Below are positions 62,388 through 64,000 of a stretch of 64,000 nucleotides of DNA, one piece after another. The first letter of the stretch is position 1; each line of letters begins with the position of its first letter. The translations under genes were made by a program, and so were the position numbers. A model generated the notes under the pieces. The model was not told the DNA's origin. It did no database searches and saw nothing but the letters and a program-made list of their open reading frames with translations. The DNA comes from an uncultured delta proteobacterium (GTDB taxonomy: Bacteria > Desulfobacterota > Syntrophobacteria > Syntrophobacterales > Syntrophobacteraceae), in assembly GCA_963808625.1 (NCBI GenBank), contig CAWEHK010000050.1, forward strand, positions 64,001 to 128,000, read 5' to 3'.

Positions 62388-64000
62388 ATTTCCTTCAATC
62401 ATCGTTTTGACCTATAACAACCTGGACTACACGCGCCGCTGCCTGGAGAGTCTGTATGCCAAACCGGCCGGTTTGGATTTTGAGCTGATTGTGGTGGACA
62501 ACGCCTCCCAGGATGGCACCCCAGCCTATTTACGGGAATTTGCAGCTCATCCGCAGCACCCCAACTGCCGCACAATTTTAAACTCCAGCAACCTGGGTTT
62601 CTCCGGCGGGAACAACGTCGGTGCGGCGGCAGTCAGTCCCCACAGTGATGGGATTGTGTTTTTGAACAATGATACGGTTGTCACCGCGGGTTGGCTGGCT
62701 GCGCTTTGCCGTCCCCTGGCAGATCCGCAGGTGGGAATGACCGGCGCGGTGACGAATGTTTCCGGCAATTTCAGTCGCATTTCCGTGACCTATAACACCA
62801 CTGACTTATCCGGACTGGACGATTTTGCAGCAGAGTACACTCGCCAACATGCCGGCCAGGTTTTTGAAGTCTCCATGATGCCCTTCCAATGCGTGGCCCT
62901 GCGCCGCCAGGTTTTTGAAGAAATCGGCCCATTGGACGAGCGCTTTGGCCTTGGTATGTTTGAAGATGATGACTATGCCATGCGCCTGCATCAGGCAGGC
63001 TATCGCATTTTGGGCGTAGAAGACGCTTATATTCACCACTATGGCAGCGCCAGCTTTTCGCGTCTGGACAAACATCATTACATGAGTCTGTTTCAGCGCA
63101 ATTTGAGCCTGTTTGAAGAGAAGTGGAATGTAAGATGGATGCCCGGCGTCCTGCGCCCTGAATTTGTCCCTGAACAGATGCGCCAGTTGATGGACGGGAT
63201 GTTCTTTTGGCACCAGGCCGCCCAAAACTGGGAGCGGACTGCCAAAGAAAACCCAAAGTATGCCCGGCAGTTACAAATTCAGTTGCAGGAAATGGACGAC
63301 CAGCGCAGCAAAACATTCATTGAATTGAACAGTATCTATGCCAGCAATGGCTGGCTGCTTTTGCAACAGCTTTTGCGCCTGCGCCGCTTTGTCGCTCCTG
63401 AAGGGAGCCGCCGCGAGCAGTTGTTTCGCCTTAGCATTCAAACCTTGCGCAGCCTCAAAACCAAACTGACTTCCTGGGGTGCAGTGCGCCCCACCGCTAG
63501 TCTGGCATTCTCAAAAGCAAAGCGACTGCTCCGCTACAGGCGTTCTGCAAAGGCTTCCGGGGTAGCCCCTCTTTTCAAACCGGGCATGCACTCGCCGGGT
63601 GCACAACCGGGGGAAGCTGCACCGCGTTATCAACTACCCCTGCCAGCTCCCAACCCTTTGCCTGGCCGTTGGTCTCGGTGCTTTTGCCAGTATATAATCA
63701 TGCCGATATGCTGCCCGGCGCAGCTCAAAGCGTTTTGAACAGCACCTATCCAAATCTTGAACTGGTCATTCTGGATGATGGTTCAACCGATGGGATTGAT
63801 CCGGTTCTGCGCAGACTGTCACTCCATCCTCAGGTGCGCATCTACCGCCAGCCCAATCAAAAACTGCCGCGCGCCTTGACCCATGCGCACCAGTTTGCTC
63901 GCGGCCAGTTCATCACATGGATTTCTGCCGATAACCTGTACGCACCCCAAGCGATTGCGTGTATGGTAGAGAACCTGCTGGCGCATCCCGAAGCCGTGAT
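62380..64000 (+). CDS. Multi-domain GT2 glycosyltransferase, frameshifted near 63670 and 63720, runs off the window
   Basis: First GT2 (VDNAS.DGT, FLNND, GMFEDDDY), coiled-coil linker, second GT2 (LPVYN, ILDDGSTD, ISADN). Confidence 0.8.

Noticed and set aside
2622..64000. About 20 genes broken by frameshifts, read as mass pseudogenisation or programmed frameshifting
   Set aside because: The breaks are single-base indels in otherwise intact genes with no in-frame nonsense decay or shared slippery motif. Density varies by region (none at 25-37 kb, dense at 57-64 kb). This fits long-read consensus error; read polishing would settle it.

Overview
GC-rich bacterial chromosomal window. Gene content suggests an anaerobic deltaproteobacterium, possibly Syntrophobacterales-like (inference). 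Many genes are split by single-base indels, most likely long-read assembly errors. From left to right: (1) a membrane gene, a QueG-like Fe-S gene, a cobalamin-riboswitch-controlled periplasmic cbiK, a CbiM/NikM-QO ECF transporter and an orphan tatA; (2) an iorAB-livH-livMG-livF-paaK-like operon whose PaaK paralogue has lost catalytic motifs; (3) an AbrB/PIN toxin-antitoxin pair, an HMA2 gene, and a truncated abrB coupled to an AT-rich gene; (4) a 17-kb catabolic island with pxpB/pxpC/pxpA, a biotin carrier, a biotin carboxylase, a divergent sigma54 activator, gabT (with a sigma54 promoter and three palindromic candidate enhancer sites), a branched-chain-type ABC transporter and an aldehyde:ferredoxin oxidoreductase; (5) paaK plus a solute-binding protein; (6) LPS core/lipid A genes, an Arn/Gtr-like lipid-carrier glycosylation module and a polysaccharide glycosyltransferase cluster. 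The island in (4) is the best candidate for an undescribed system: an anaerobic lactam to omega-amino acid to dicarboxylate pathway. Intergenic DNA carries about 17 heptamer tandem arrays of different sequence, 9-mer inverted repeats and REP/REPIN-like elements. No rRNA, tRNA, CRISPR array or transposase was seen.
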